63,503 nt of DNA, filler included, from Candidatus Woesearchaeota archaeon (GCA_003695265.1; 4 parts of 4 records of this genome joined end to end with filler, not necessarily neighbours in it), one strand, 5' to 3'. Counted from the whole stretch's first letter, positions 8,715 to 18,088 are shown. Notes: generated from the letters alone by a model not told the origin. A program made the numbers and translations.

Positions 8715-9632
8715 ATGGTTAAAGAGTCGCATTTTAAGAAGTTTGTTGAACTTTATAATATTCTTACACAACTTTTAGAGGCTGCTGAGCAGACTAATTT
8801 CAGTTTAGTGCAAGAGCGTTGCAGAAGTCTTGAATCTGCTTGTAAATCAATTAAGAAAGACATCAAAGAGGTTTCTAATCATGAGATAAGGAGGGAAGGG
8901 GAGAGTATAATTAAAATATGTGAAAAAATAGAACCATTAAGTAAAAATATTAAAAAAATAATTTCGAAGAAGTTTTTGGAGCGCGTGAGAAATTTTGTAT
9001 TATCAATCAAAAGGCATCTTTTTGAAGAAATCAAGATAGTTGTTGTTTGCCAGCATAATCAAGCAAGAAGCCAACTGCTTCAACATTACCTTCAGAAATA
9101 TTTATTAGAATATCCTGAGAATTATGTTGTTGATTCAGGAGGTGTAGAACTGAAAGGAACAAGGCCTATTAACCTCAAACTGAAGGCAATTCAGGCAGGG
9201 CAGCATAAGTTACTTGAAACATTAAAATGGGCTGAAGAAAACGATCCTACATTGTATAAAATTTTAGCTGAGCAGTACAGCGAGGAAGGTTTGAAAGGGG
9301 CAAAAGGTGGCTTGCATGAGATTGATTCATTAACTGATGCAGTTGCAAAACCCTTAACAAGAGATATGATTCAAGAAGCTAATCTTGTGATATGTGTATC
9401 TAAAGATGTGTGGGAAGTCGCTAAAGAAAAGTTTGGAAATGACAGGAAAATTGTTCCTATCTCTGCATTGCTAAAACTGGGAGATCATGAAATTGAAATA
9501 AAAGGCAGATTTGGCCTGAAAGTTAGCATGTTAGAGCATTGGAAAGCAACAAGAAGGGTTAGGGGCATCGCAAAAAGGTTGGCGAAAGTGCTTCATGAAA
9601 GGTTTTCTCGAAAACAACAATCCTTTTGGTAA
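8715..9632 (+). CDS. LMW-PTP/ArsC-fold phosphatase-like protein with N-terminal helical extension
   Basis: VVVCQHNQARSQ (CX5RS P-loop), VDSGG and AKPLTRDMIQEANLVIC. Confidence 0.7.
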   Translation: MVKESHFKKFVELYNILTQLLEAAEQTNFSLVQERCRSLESACKSIKKDIKEVSNHEIRREGESIIKICEKIEPLSKNIKKIISKKFLERVRNFVLSIKRHLFEEIKIVVVCQHNQARSQLLQHYLQKYLLEYPENYVVDSGGVELKGTRPINLKLKAIQAGQHKLLETLKWAEENDPTLYKILAEQYSEEGLKGAKGGLHEIDSLTDAVAKPLTRDMIQEANLVICVSKDVWEVAKEKFGNDRKIVPISALLKLGDHEIEIKGRFGLKVSMLEHWKATRRVRGIAKRLAKVLHERFSRKQQSFW

Positions 9633-9719
9633 AATAATATTTTATAGGGGTTAAGTGTTATTTCTTATATTATTAACAAAAAATAGTTAAGTTTTAAATA
9701 TTATCAGCTATTGCTAATA

Positions 9720-9785
9720 GTTCGTGAGGCTTCAAGAAGTGAATGTTTAACTTAATTGCATTTAACCAAGTTTGGTTAAAGTTTG
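9720..9785 (+). repeat. Intergenic copy A of the tRNA T-loop-intron core (double hairpin)
   Basis: 49/67 positions match 6491-6557 by manual alignment; ends in the TTTAACCAAGTTTGGTTAAA inverted repeat. Confidence 0.75.
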
Positions 9786-9869
9786 CAGTGCTGGTCTAAT
9801 TGGCAATTGTCTTGTCCGTTGACACCAAGGCTATGTAGGGTGTAAGCAAGCTTAACCCTATGGAAAAAG

Positions 9870-9936
9870 GTTCGTAGCATTTCACGAAGTGAATATGCCA
9901 CTTAAGCACATTTGATCAAACTTTGGTTAAAGTTTG
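9870..9936 (+). repeat. Intergenic copy B of the tRNA T-loop-intron core, abutting tRNA-His
   Basis: GTTCGT...TTCAC-GAA-GTGAA...TTTGGTTAAAGTTTG; direct repeat of copy A at 150 bp spacing. Confidence 0.72.
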
Positions 9937-9937
9937 T

Positions 9938-10114
9938 GGCGGTAGTAGTTTAATGGTAGAATACAGGACTGTGGAAGCAAAGCTGTGGAAATCCTGTGGC
10001 GGGGGTTCGATAACAGTGTTCGGAGCGCGGTTTTCGGAACGCGGCAAAAGCACTCATCACTGCCGAGTTCTGGCTATTGAGCACTGACCGCTGTAGAAAG
10101 TCCCCCCTACCGCC
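9938..10114 (+). tRNA. tRNA-His(GTG) with encoded G-1; introns 9975-9990 (16 nt, 37/38) and 10012-10100 (89 nt, 59/60)
   Basis: G GCGGTAG TA GTTT AATGGTA GAAT A CAGGA CTGTGG[ ]A TCCTG TGGC GGGGG TTCGAT[ ]T CCCCC CTACCGC C; relaxed BHB junctions. Confidence 0.9.
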
Positions 10115-10143
10115 CTTTAAATTGCTTTTCGAGTTTAAAAAAG

Positions 10144-10746
10144 ATGAAGGAATTCCTCTTAAGGGAGTGGAAGGAAAAATACGGTTTCTCAGAAAAACTG
10201 CTAAAGGCCTTTGAGAATGTTCCTAGAGAATTATTTGTGAGAGAAGATGACTTTGGAAGGGCTTACGGTGATTATCCCTTGCCGATTGGCTATGGCCAGA
10301 CGATTTCCCAGCCGACAACAGTTATGATTATGATAAATGCTCTGGAGTTAAAGCCGACAGACAAAGTGTTGGAGATTGGTGCTGGAAGTGGTTATTGCGC
10401 GGCATTAATGTCAAAGTTGGCAAGAGAGGTTGTTTCTGTTGAGATTATTACTGAGCTCGTTGAACTTGCCAGGAGTAATTTGAGAAAAGCAGGCATTAAG
10501 AATGTCATTGTTGTTGAGGGTGACGGCAGCTTGGGTTATGGGAAGAAGGCACCTTATGACAAGGTAATGGTTACTGCTGCTTGCCCGAAAATACCAAAGC
10601 CGTTGATTGAGCAGTTAAAGCCAGATGGAATCCTTGTTGCGCCTGTCGGCGCTTACAGTCAAAGAATGATTAGGATAAAGAACGGAAAAAAAGAGGATCT
10701 TGGCAGTTTCGTGTTTGTTCCTTTAAGAGGGAAGCACGGGTTTTAG
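10144..10746 (+). CDS. pcm: Protein-L-isoaspartate O-methyltransferase
   Basis: VPRELFV, LPIGYGQTISQP, LEIGAGSGY and FVPL motifs. Confidence 0.95.
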   Translation: MKEFLLREWKEKYGFSEKLLKAFENVPRELFVREDDFGRAYGDYPLPIGYGQTISQPTTVMIMINALELKPTDKVLEIGAGSGYCAALMSKLAREVVSVEIITELVELARSNLRKAGIKNVIVVEGDGSLGYGKKAPYDKVMVTAACPKIPKPLIEQLKPDGILVAPVGAYSQRMIRIKNGKKEDLGSFVFVPLRGKHGF

Positions 10747-11606
10747 GCTTTGTTAACGCTCTTAAAAAGAATCATTTTGCTCTCAACAATTTTTTGAACT
10801 GCTTCTGTTGCTTTTGGCAGGTATTTTGTCGGGACAAACATTTTCGGGTCTTTCAAAGATTTCCTGATGCTGCTTGAGAACGCCACCCTCATCTCAGTGT
10901 TTATGTTAACCTTTGATATTCCTAGGGATAGTGCTTTCCTGATCTGGTCTTTTGGTATGCCTGAGCCTCCGTGAAGGACCAGCGGCTTCTTAACCATTTT
11001 GTGTATTTTCTTCAGCAGCTCAAAATTGATGTGTGGAATTCCTTTCCATAGGCCGTGAACGTTCCCAATAGTGACAGCCAATGAGTCCAAACCTGTTTTT
11101 TCTGAGAATTCCTTTGCCATTTCAGGGTCAGTGAAGGATATTGTTTTAAGAACTTTTGAGTAGCCTTCTTTTTCATGCAAAGTTGATGAGCCGCCCACGT
11201 GGCCAAGCTCAGCCTCAACCCAGACGTTGCGCTTATGCGCATAATTAACAACTTTTTTTGCTGTTTTAAGGTTGTCTTTAAAAGGAAGAGCTGAGGTGTC
11301 TATGTGCACGGAGGGGTACCCTGCTTGGATTGCTTTTTTCACGTACTCAAATGATTTTCCGTGGTCTAAGTGCAGGAAAAACTTGGCTTTTGTCTGTTTT
11401 TTCAGTGTTTTGAATATTGCAACAGCCATTTCAAGGCCTAAATGCTTTGATTCTCCTTCAGAGGTTTCTATTATGAACGGCGCTTTTTTTGCAACTCCCA
11501 TCCTTACAATTGCTTGCACTATTTCTAACGTTGAGAAATTAAACGCTCCTAATGCGTAGCCCCTTCTCTGCGCATCATTGAAGTACGCTTTTATTGTCTT
11601 GTACAT
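10743..11606 (-). CDS. fba: Class II fructose-bisphosphate aldolase
   Basis: ALGAFN, LHLDHG, VEAELG, IGNVHG, LVLHGGSG and KVNINT motifs. Confidence 0.93.
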   Translation of the reverse strand: MYKTIKAYFNDAQRRGYALGAFNFSTLEIVQAIVRMGVAKKAPFIIETSEGESKHLGLEMAVAIFKTLKKQTKAKFFLHLDHGKSFEYVKKAIQAGYPSVHIDTSALPFKDNLKTAKKVVNYAHKRNVWVEAELGHVGGSSTLHEKEGYSKVLKTISFTDPEMAKEFSEKTGLDSLAVTIGNVHGLWKGIPHINFELLKKIHKMVKKPLVLHGGSGIPKDQIRKALSLGISKVNINTEMRVAFSSSIRKSLKDPKMFVPTKYLPKATEAVQKIVESKMILFKSVNKA

Positions 11607-12586
11607 TATAACCTCCTCTTTTTCACATTAGCCTTTGTTTTTTTCATAGCAATCATTAATTCGCGGTAGCTCAGCAGCTTGTTTTTTGCTCCGTAATGCT
11701 GGATTACGGATTCTGAGTTTGTCTGCGCCATTTTAAGGCATGTCGCAAGGTCGTTTTTCCTTAGTATTCCTGATAATAGTGTTGAGGCAAACGCGTCTCC
11801 CGCGCCTGTTGTTTCAAGTATTCTGACTTTTGAAGGCTTAAGAGTGTAGTAGTACATGCCGTCCGACGCTGTTGTGGGGTTGTGGCCGTCAGTAACCACT
11901 GCTATTTTTGGGCCTAAAGAGCGGAGCGCCTCGACAAGCTCAATCCCTGTTTTTTTTCCTACAAGGTATTGTGCTTCTTCTTTGTTCAGGACAAGAACAT
12001 CGGTGCTTATAAGAATGTCTTTAAGGAATTCAGGCCCTTTCTCTGCCAAGTAGGAGCTAGGGTTGAACATGAGCTTTATTTTGTTTTTTGCTGCATACTT
12101 GGCTATTTTTTTAAGTGCAGCAAATGACTTGCCCATTAGCGCGGAGCAGTAAAACCACTTTGTCTTGAGCTTTTTCGTGTCTATTTGATCGAAGGAAAAG
12201 TTGTCGATTGCCCCTTTGTAAGTGAGGATTGTCCTGTCATGCTTTATGCTGTCAAGGATGACTGAGAATCCTGTCTGTGTTTTGCCAATGCTTCCTATGA
12301 ACTTGACTTTCTCTTTTTTCAGCAGCTTAAGGACTAGTTTCGCGTTTTCATCATTGCCAAGCCTGCCAAGGTAAGCTACTTTGTGGCCTAGCCTTGCAAG
12401 AGAAACTGCTGTGTTTGTTCCGCCGCCACCGACCATGAACTGCAGGTCCGTAATTAAGATTTTTGTCCCGGAAGGGTAAGCTATAAGCTCTTCCTGAGAA
12501 GAAGGCGTTTGAATTGTGATAAGGTCAGACTTAGTTTTTACGAATGCATCAATGGTTGCGGAGCCAACAGTGATTACGTCAAACAT
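11606..12586 (-). CDS. PfkB/ribokinase-family carbohydrate kinase
   Basis: GGGGTNTAVSLARLG and ETTGAGDAF signatures; coupled to fba. Confidence 0.92.
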   Translation of the reverse strand: MFDVITVGSATIDAFVKTKSDLITIQTPSSQEELIAYPSGTKILITDLQFMVGGGGTNTAVSLARLGHKVAYLGRLGNDENAKLVLKLLKKEKVKFIGSIGKTQTGFSVILDSIKHDRTILTYKGAIDNFSFDQIDTKKLKTKWFYCSALMGKSFAALKKIAKYAAKNKIKLMFNPSSYLAEKGPEFLKDILISTDVLVLNKEEAQYLVGKKTGIELVEALRSLGPKIAVVTDGHNPTTASDGMYYYTLKPSKVRILETTGAGDAFASTLLSGILRKNDLATCLKMAQTNSESVIQHYGAKNKLLSYRELMIAMKKTKANVKKRRL

Positions 12587-12655
12587 AACTTAAATTAAGA
12601 ACGGAATGGTATATAAATTTAATGAAAAAAAGAAAAGAATTAAGGAAGTAAAAAA

Positions 12656-13018
12656 TTAGGGCTTAGCCAATGCGTAAACTTCTTTTAGGGCAACTACTAC
12701 TGTTGCTGGAACGACAAATGCAAGGACAGCTGTTAAAATTCCGCTGATGTAAGGTCCAATAATTTCCATTGTTGCTAGAGTTGTGGCTGCGTTGCCCATG
12801 TAAGCTGTGATTACCAAAACAACTGATGCCAGCATGAAGTCTTTTGTGTCTTCTCCTGCAACGTTCAAGAAGCCGACAATTAGGCCGAATAATATTAGCA
12901 GAGACGTCAGCCATGGTGTTGCGCTTCCCAGCATTCCGCCGATAAGGCCTATAACTACTGATATTACGACGCCTATGATAAACGTCCATTTTCCAATCAT
13001 TTTTTGCATATGGACCAC
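12656..13018 (-). CDS. Small multi-pass membrane protein, uncharacterised (paralog of 5609..5950)
   Basis: GKWTFIIG...GLIVGFLNV...FMLA...VPATVVVALKEVYALA aligns with 5609..5950. Confidence 0.8.
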   Translation of the reverse strand: MVHMQKMIGKWTFIIGVVISVVIGLIGGMLGSATPWLTSLLILFGLIVGFLNVAGEDTKDFMLASVVLVITAYMGNAATTLATMEIIGPYISGILTAVLAFVVPATVVVALKEVYALAKP

Positions 13019-13093
13019 CTCTATTTAGGAATTATGAGGAAATTGGTAAAAAACATATATAAAACTTTGTTACTATCAAAGAAGAACCACTAA

Positions 13094-14122
13094 TCACACA
13101 ATCTTGTTCAGTATATCATGAGCGTTCAATGCATTTATGTTGTCTTCTAGCTTTTTCTGTGCAGATTTCAATCGCATGGTCAAGTAGTTTTTTTCTGCTG
13201 AGGTTATGCGGGCGTGCTTATCTGCGTCGATAAGGCCGTAAGGGTAGCCCAAGAATAGGGGGTCTTTTGAATTCATGCTTAGATTGCTTAAAACATAGCC
13301 GATTTTGTCTTTTTGTTTTTTGAATATTTCAAACCTGAAGGTATGCTTTGAATTCTTGTGCAGCTTGGCAAGGATTAGCTCAGCAGGATGATTCTCATTT
13401 GTGATTGAAACAACAGGGTGATAATACCATATTTTCTTAGGAGCCAGATGGCTTATTGAGGCTATTAATGAATTTCCTTTTTTGGTCATCAACTCGCAGG
13501 TCTTGCATAATCCGCAGAGAATAACGTTTTTCTGCTCTGCTGCCGCCAACAACGGTTTCCAGAACTTTTCTTCATTGGTTATCTTGCTCTGGAGAGGGCC
13601 GTCCAGTATGATAATGTCGTCTTTGCAGAGTGTTTTTGCGATTTCTGTGGCAAAAGACAGCTCAAGAAATTTCCTGTATGCTTCGCCGACTGATGTTATG
13701 CTTACTTTGTTAAGCCCCTGCCTTAATGTTTTGTCGTCAAGATTAAAAGGCATGCCCTCAGTCTCTTCGCCATTATTTTTTCCTCTTATTATTCTTGTTT
13801 TAAACATTAGTTTATTGTCGCTCCTCACAGCTTTTGTTACGCAGTAAAATTCCTGTTTTTCTGATCCTGTTTTCCTGTTTTCCTTGAATATTGACGCATA
13901 AACCCGAATGAATGTCACGCAGAGGCTTGGAGTGTTTATTATGTGAGAGTTTCCGCCGTCGATAAAAACCATTTTTGGGCTGTTTATTGGTTTTGAAATT
14001 TCGTGAAAGTTAGCAGGAGAAAAAGGGATTCCCTTGTATCTTGTGTCAGAGAAGTCTGCCTCATCATCAAAACTTGGCTCTTCGGTGAAATGAAGCAGGT
14101 GGCTTATGATCTTGTTATGCAT
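13094..14122 (-). CDS. NurA-domain nuclease
   Basis: VFIDGG, IILDGPL, GLCKT and GYPYGLIDADKHA motifs. Confidence 0.8.
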   Translation of the reverse strand: MHNKIISHLLHFTEEPSFDDEADFSDTRYKGIPFSPANFHEISKPINSPKMVFIDGGNSHIINTPSLCVTFIRVYASIFKENRKTGSEKQEFYCVTKAVRSDNKLMFKTRIIRGKNNGEETEGMPFNLDDKTLRQGLNKVSITSVGEAYRKFLELSFATEIAKTLCKDDIIILDGPLQSKITNEEKFWKPLLAAAEQKNVILCGLCKTCELMTKKGNSLIASISHLAPKKIWYYHPVVSITNENHPAELILAKLHKNSKHTFRFEIFKKQKDKIGYVLSNLSMNSKDPLFLGYPYGLIDADKHARITSAEKNYLTMRLKSAQKKLEDNINALNAHDILNKIV

Positions 14123-14237
14123 GAATCAGTGAGAGTTTTTGCATTTAAAAAGCTTGTTACTAAGAAAATATTATTTTCATGACTTATTAGTAATAAAAAC
14201 CGAAAGATTTAAATAGTAGTTATGCCTACTATACAGT

Positions 14238-14359
14238 AGTTACAAGGTTTGTTAGTTGCGTGCTAACACCTGCATGTTAATGTTTATATGGAGAGAATTT
14301 TTTGTTTTCTCAACGATCATCACCCCTCACCAACATTCTCTCCATATAATTCTTTTTTT
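14238..14359 (+). ncRNA. Candidate hairpin small RNA 1 (5' end estimated)
   Basis: BRE/TATA CGAAAGA-TTTAAATA at 14201-14215; perfect 15-bp stem 14284-14298/14335-14349; T-tract follows; no sense ORF. Confidence 0.45.
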
Positions 14360-14400
14360 ATTCTAATTGATTTCTAAAAAAAACTAATTTTTACAATAAT

Positions 14401-14477
14401 TTTTACAATGAGACTTGCAGTCTCCTTGAACCTCTCGCATCAATGGTGGGTTCAAAGGGGAAGAACCACTTGTAAAA
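14401..14477. repeat. MITE/REP-like palindromic element, copy 1
   Basis: TTTACAA...TTGTAAA termini; aligns with the reverse complement of 45630-45707. Confidence 0.75.
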
Positions 14478-14545
14478 AATATTTTTTAATTATTACAACA
14501 GTTTTTGCAAACTTATATATAATTGGTATAATTTCCGCAGAGAAC

Positions 14546-16726
14546 ATGTATGAATTAATAATCACTGAAAAGCCTAAAGCTGCGCAAAAGATAGCAGACG
14601 CTCTGAGCGACGGCAAACCAAAAAAAGAAAACATTAACCAGGTGCCCGTTTACAGAATAAAACATGATAACAAGGAGATTGTTGTTGCGTGCGCAGTAGG
14701 GCATATTTTTGGCCTTGCTGAAAAAAACGGAAACAAATGGTCTTACCCGACTTTTGACATTGAATGGAAGCCATCATTTGAGATAAAAAAAGAAAGCGCG
14801 CACACAAAAAAGTATTATTCTGTCCTAAAAAAGTTATGCAAAAACGCGGATGTTTTTACTGTCGCAACAGACTATGATGTGGAAGGAGAAGTTATAGGAC
14901 TGAATGTTGTGAGGTTTATCTGCAAACAAAAAGACGCGAGGCGCATGAAATTCTCAACTCTGACAAAGCCTGATTTGGTAAGGGCGTATGATTCTGCAGC
15001 GCAAACATTGGACTGGGGCCAGGCAAAGGCAGGAGAAACAAGACATATACTTGACTGGTTTTATGGCATAAACCTTAGCAGGGCGTTAAGCCATGCTATA
15101 AAGAAAGCAGGAATGTTCAAAATATTAAGCTCAGGCAGAGTCCAGGGACCTGCGCTAAAAATAATTGTGGAGCGCGAGAAAGAGATTCGCGCCTTTAAGC
15201 CAGAGCCTTACTGGCAGATTGAGCTGAAAGGCAGCGTGAAAAACGGCTCTTTGATGGCATGGCATTTGAAAGACAAATTTTGGGACAAAAAAGAGGCTGA
15301 TGAAGTATTAAAAAAGACAAAAGGAAAAGAAGCTGTGATTGAAAAGATTGAAAAAACATCTTTCCAGCAGAAGCCGCCGTTCCCGTTCGACTTGACAAGC
15401 CTTCAGACAGAGGCGTACCGCTGTTTCAAGATATCTCCAAAAGAAACGCTTGCAATAGCTCAAGAGCTGTACATCTCCGGACTTATTTCATATCCGAGAA
15501 CCAGCTCTCAGCAGCTTCCACCAGCAATAGGGTTCAAAAAAATATTGCAAGGGCTTGCAAAGCAGGCCAAGTACAAAGAATTAAGCGAAATGCTGCTAAA
15601 AAAAACCAAGCTGGTTCCGAATAATGGAAAAAAGACAGACCCTGCCCACCCGGCAATTTACCCAACAGGCATCGCGCCGAAAAGCCTGAATGAAAGAGAG
15701 CAGAAGATTTACGCGCTTGTTGTGAGGAGATTCCTAGCAACTTTTGGGGAAGCAGCAACAAGAGAAACAGTTAAGATAGTAATAAACTGCGGGCAAGAGC
15801 TTTTTGAGGCAAAAGGCACGCGCACCACAAAAGAAGGATGGCATATTTTCTATGGGCCTTTTGCAAAGATGAAAGAGGAGGAGATGCCAGCCTGCGAAAA
15901 AGGGGAAAAGGTCGATGTCAAAGAAATAAACGTTTATGATAAAGAAACAGAACCTCCGAAAAGGTACACTCCTGCTTCTATAATAAAGGAGCTTGAGAAA
16001 AAGAATTTGGGCACGAAATCGACAAGGGCGCAGATAATTGACACATTGTTTGCAAGAAAATATGTTACTGGAAGCCGCTCAATAGAAGCCACAGACCTCG
16101 GAATCCGAACTGTTGAGACTTTAGAGAAATACTGCCCGAAGATATTAGATGAAGAACTGACAAGGCGTTTTGAGGAGGAAATGGAAGATATTAGGAATCA
16201 GAAAAAAACAGAAGATGATGTTATTGATGAGGCAAAAGACGTTTTGCTCAAAATATTGGATGACTTCAAGAAAAAAGAGGAAAGCATAGGGGAAGATCTT
16301 ATAAAAGCAACAAAAGACTCGGAAAGAAAAGAAAAAACACTAGGAAAATGCCCTAATTGTGAGAATGGAATGCTCATGATAAAAAAAGGAAAGTTCGGAA
16401 GGTTTGCGGCTTGTTCAGAGCATCCCAACTGCAAGACAACTTTCAGCCTTCCAAATAATGGAATAGTAACTGTTTCAGATAAGAAGTGTGATTCTTGTAG
16501 CCATCCGCTAATAACAATAAAGAGGCGTGGAAAAAGCCCTCAGGAAGTCTGTATTAATACAAAATGCCCGAAAAAGGACGTGGATGCTGTTAGTGAGAAA
16601 CCATGCCCAAAATGTGGGGGGACACTCATACTGAGAAAATCGGTTTACGGCACGTTTTACGGCTGCAAAAGCTACCCTAAATGCAGGCACACAGAGAAGA
16701 TTAATAATGGAAATAATTCAAAGTAA
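14546..16726 (+). CDS. topA: DNA topoisomerase I (type IA)
   Basis: LIITEKPKAA, ATDYDVEGE, SSGRVQ, catalytic ISYPRT and C-terminal Zn ribbons; start set at MYELII, since the ORF-track extension runs through a repeat. Confidence 0.96.
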   Translation: MYELIITEKPKAAQKIADALSDGKPKKENINQVPVYRIKHDNKEIVVACAVGHIFGLAEKNGNKWSYPTFDIEWKPSFEIKKESAHTKKYYSVLKKLCKNADVFTVATDYDVEGEVIGLNVVRFICKQKDARRMKFSTLTKPDLVRAYDSAAQTLDWGQAKAGETRHILDWFYGINLSRALSHAIKKAGMFKILSSGRVQGPALKIIVEREKEIRAFKPEPYWQIELKGSVKNGSLMAWHLKDKFWDKKEADEVLKKTKGKEAVIEKIEKTSFQQKPPFPFDLTSLQTEAYRCFKISPKETLAIAQELYISGLISYPRTSSQQLPPAIGFKKILQGLAKQAKYKELSEMLLKKTKLVPNNGKKTDPAHPAIYPTGIAPKSLNEREQKIYALVVRRFLATFGEAATRETVKIVINCGQELFEAKGTRTTKEGWHIFYGPFAKMKEEEMPACEKGEKVDVKEINVYDKETEPPKRYTPASIIKELEKKNLGTKSTRAQIIDTLFARKYVTGSRSIEATDLGIRTVETLEKYCPKILDEELTRRFEEEMEDIRNQKKTEDDVIDEAKDVLLKILDDFKKKEESIGEDLIKATKDSERKEKTLGKCPNCENGMLMIKKGKFGRFAACSEHPNCKTTFSLPNNGIVTVSDKKCDSCSHPLITIKRRGKSPQEVCINTKCPKKDVDAVSEKPCPKCGGTLILRKSVYGTFYGCKSYPKCRHTEKINNGNNSK

Positions 16727-16818
16727 CTTTTATTAGTGGTAAAAAAAACCAAAAGCTTTAAATATAAAGTTATGGAAGCGCTTTCTACTGCGTTATGATT
16801 TTGTTCTAGGAGGGGATC

Positions 16819-17986
16819 ATGGCAGAGGAAAAAGACAAACAAGGAATAAGTGATGATGACTTTATCATAGAGGAAGATGAGGATTTTGAAGTTGTCAGGA
16901 ATGAGGAAGGAATAGAAAATATGGAAAGGGAAGAAGAGCCGAGAATCAAAGAAAGCATAATACTTCCCGAAAAGAATGTGAGCATTGAGAAAAAACAGGA
17001 AATGCCAAAGACGGAAATACAAAAGAAACCTGTTGATAAAAAAGGCGTGGATTCTAATAAAAAGGCTGAAAGGAAGGAAGCTACAGTTAAGAAAAAGGCA
17101 AAGCCTATTAAGGCGCAGGAAGAAAGGCCGACGCAAAAGCCGAGAAAGGCTGAGAAAAAAAGAAAAGTTTCCAGAATTAAGAAAAGGCCTTCAAAAGAAG
17201 CAAGAAAAAAGAACAAGATAAACTTCATTCTTGTAATTAAAATATTATTGATAATAATCGCAGCAGTACTCATATGGAAAAACCTGTTTAATGATAATGG
17301 TGTAATTAATCATGATAATTCAACCCAGGAAAACATAACAACAAACATGCAAACACCTACTGGTGGCGAGGCTGTTACCTTAAAGATATTAGTGTCAAAA
17401 AGGTGCAAAGAATGCAGAGACTCGACAAACATAGGGAATGAATTAATATCAAACGGCGTAAACATAACTGACCAGCAAGTAATAGAGTATGAGAGTGAAG
17501 AGGGAAAAGAACTGGTGGAAAAGTACAACATAACAAAGCTGCCCACACTAATATTTTCTAAGGAGATTGATTCTTATAAAGATTTTCCAAAATTATGGGA
17601 AAAAATCGGGAGCATAGAAGAGGATGGATCTCATGTTATGAGGGTTATAAGCCCGCCTTATTATGACACTGAGCAAGAGAAAGTTGTTGGATTAGTAGAT
17701 TTAATTTATTTGGTTGATGACATGTGTAAAGAATGTTATGATGTGAAAATTCACAAGAACGTTTTGAACAGGCTTGGAGTGAAAGTAAGAGGTGAGGAAA
17801 CAATAAATATAAGCAGTGAAGAAGGAAAGTCCTTGATTGATAAATACAATATAAGGTATGTACCTACAATAATAATTTCTGATGATGTGTCGCTTTATTC
17901 AAACTTTGTTAATATTTGGAAAACTGTAGGCTCAATTGAGGATGATGGTTATTTCGTATTCAGGAATTTTACTGCGCTACCAAGAA
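16819..17986 (+). CDS. Membrane-anchored protein with two thioredoxin-like CxxC repeats, truncated by gap
   Basis: Acidic then basic cytoplasmic tail, one TM helix, duplicated C(K)EC...S.EGK.L..KYNI..(L/V)PT.I.S...W..(I/V)GSIE.DG unit. Confidence 0.75.
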
Positions 17987-18086
17987 NNNNNNNNNNNNNN
18001 NNNNNNNNNNNNNNNNNNNNNNNNNNNNNNTTAATTAATTAANNNNNNNNNNNNNNNNNNNNNNNNNNNNNNNNNNNNNNNNNNNN
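17987..18086. other. Artificial contig-join linker
   Basis: N-run with TTAATTAATTAA. Confidence 0.97.
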
Positions 18087-18088
18087 GT

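Noticed and set aside
9720..9936. CRISPR array
   Set aside because: Only two degenerate 67-nt units; no cas genes or regularly spaced identical repeats anywhere in the window.
10012..10100. tRNA-His T-loop intron as another copy of the Gly/Val intron family
   Set aside because: Same position, same length as the Val intron and similar ends (ACAG...CTGT.GAAAG), but the interior does not align.
13094..14122. HerA-NurA repair or defence operon
   Set aside because: No herA, mre11 or rad50 is adjacent; only a lone NurA-domain gene.
14408..14545. N-terminal extension of topoisomerase I
   Set aside because: The extension runs through a palindromic repeat and the promoter; the Toprim domain starts at 14546.
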